Both the position numbers and the translations under genes were made by a program. From positions 1 through 19,551 of the forward strand of contig JBGSUI010000235.1 in the NCBI GenBank assembly GCA_041736175.1: 19,551 nt of DNA, written 5' to 3'. Below the pieces are notes generated by a model. That model was not told where the DNA came from, ran no database searches, and worked only from the letters and a program-made list of their open reading frames with translations. This DNA is from Oligoflexales bacterium (lineage in GTDB: Bacteria > Bdellovibrionota_B > Oligoflexia > Oligoflexales > CAIYRB01). Of the stretch, positions 18,218 to 19,551 are shown piece by piece (the stretch's first letter is position 1; the number at the start of each line of letters is the position of its first letter).

Positions 18218-18688
18218 GGACTGTGCTCCAATGAGTCAAGCAAAATGTTTTTGGGGACATGGGCCACCTGTTTCTAGGGAGCCTTAGAATACTTGTTCGG
18301 GGGGAGGGAGTTTGGAAATGAGGTCCTTATAGGGACCGGACTGGGTTATGCCCTCCCTCTATGATCCTGCAAAGGCCCTAGACTTGGCAAGATGGAGGAG
18401 GTAGAGGCTACCAAAATCCTATAGAATTGCAAAGGTATAAAGGAGGTTTTTTAAGAATTTTGTCTAATCTCTTAAATAAAAGCCAACATGAAAGCCCGAC
18501 CTAGGTGCAAGAGCTAAGACTAAACATAATTTTTGCGAATAAATAAGCTTATAAATTATACATCTGATTTTTTTATAGACATGTGAAGACCCTTTGAAGA
18601 CTGTCATTCCAGTATGTTGCATGATCTAAAGAATGGCATACTTCTAGTATCAAATCCCCTGAATAACGAGAATTGCAAGGGGCAACAA

Positions 18689-19345
18689 ATGAATTATAGA
18701 TCTACTTTCATAAGTCTTATCATCTCTGCTATGGGAATTTTAGGATGTCATAAACCCAAAGACTCTCAAAGTGAGCCAATGGAAACAAGAGAAGCGATTT
18801 ACCAAAAGTTGCGACTTGACCAAACCAGATTGATAGACCGTCTTGAGAAAGTACTTGAATATTTTAAAAAGAGCGGAAGCTCCAATTTTAAAATGGTTCC
18901 TTCGCCGAACTACTGTCGCCCGACAACTAAATTTGCTATCGAGATCCGAGATGTGGCAACAAGAGGGATAACTTCCATCAAAGCTACCATTACCGTCGGA
19001 AAAAGATTTTCGAGGGTCTTAGAGATCGTTTTGACTCCTAGTAACCCGAAGACAGTCAAAATATATTTTAAGCAAGATGATTTCAGTTTTGATCACGAGA
19101 TTCCCATGATTCAACCAGCCCCTCAAAATGACCCGTCAAAAGTAACCGAACTATCGGCTACAAGTCCCAGTATATATGCAGATTTTGCAAAATATTATCG
19201 TGGAAATGATCCTGAAGAATTCACTCCTACACCCACCAATATAGATTCTCAATTAGGGTACAACTACTGGTTGCTTGCCATGGGAGATCTCAATGAATAT
19301 CTCGTGAATTTGCAACATTATCAAAAATCCTTAGGCAAACAATAA
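18689..19345 (+). CDS. Hypothetical lipoprotein
   Basis: AAGGGG before ATG 18689 gives MNYRSTFISLIISAMGILG-C (lipobox). AT-rich ORF, divergent from sucB, no family recognised. Confidence 0.75.
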   Translation: MNYRSTFISLIISAMGILGCHKPKDSQSEPMETREAIYQKLRLDQTRLIDRLEKVLEYFKKSGSSNFKMVPSPNYCRPTTKFAIEIRDVATRGITSIKATITVGKRFSRVLEIVLTPSNPKTVKIYFKQDDFSFDHEIPMIQPAPQNDPSKVTELSATSPSIYADFAKYYRGNDPEEFTPTPTNIDSQLGYNYWLLAMGDLNEYLVNLQHYQKSLGKQ

Positions 19346-19452
19346 TTTAGATAGAAAAACAAACCGCCGATAGACGATCTATGGTAAAGTATTGGTATAT
19401 ATTTTTCTTAAAACAGAAGTTTCCACAAAAATAACCGCATTTTTGACGTAAC

Positions 19453-19551
19453 TTACGAAGCTTTATCGATATTTTGCGTCCTTCGATCCTCCGCTGGCTT
19501 TTTTCTCGAGTTTGTTTCTGAATTACGCCTTCGAAAGGCTTCCAAATACGT
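19453..19551 (-). CDS. 3' end of a gene entering from the right edge
   Basis: Open frame TYLEAFRRRNSETNSRKKPAEDRRTQNIDKAS-TAA, convergent with the lipoprotein gene. Identity unknown. Confidence 0.35.
   Translation of the reverse strand, partial: TYLEAFRRRNSETNSRKKPAEDRRTQNIDKAS

Noticed and set aside
19527..19539. GCCTT-CGA-AAGGC hairpin as a terminator
   Set aside because: Only 5 bp, no U-tract, far from the lipoprotein stop and inside a probable coding frame.

Overview
Bacterial chromosomal window, mostly coded on the minus strand, with two parts. The right part (9.7-18.2 kb) is housekeeping: a TCA cluster in the order sucB-lpdA-sucA-acnA, followed by a GNAT acetyltransferase. The left part (0-9.2 kb) is an accessory mosaic. 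It holds a SWIM-SNF2 helicase, a lipoprotein-type agmatine/peptidylarginine deiminase, two orphan lipoprotein-like genes, a decayed Crp/Fnr fragment, and an MNT-HEPN toxin-antitoxin pair whose HEPN gene looks truncated. It also holds a stand-alone cassette of a PduX-like GHMP (L-threonine) kinase and a divergent CobD/HisC-like PLP enzyme, with no other cobalamin gene in the window. Two sigma-54 (-24/-12) motifs precede the lipoprotein genes. A further orphan lipoprotein lies at 18.7-19.3 kb, and both window edges carry probable partial genes. The best candidates for undescribed biology are the orphan kinase/PLP-enzyme cassette with its structured, uORF-bearing leader, and the sigma-54-linked lipoprotein set that includes the deiminase. 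No rRNA, tRNA or CRISPR array was seen. All calls come from motif recognition by eye; no searches were run.
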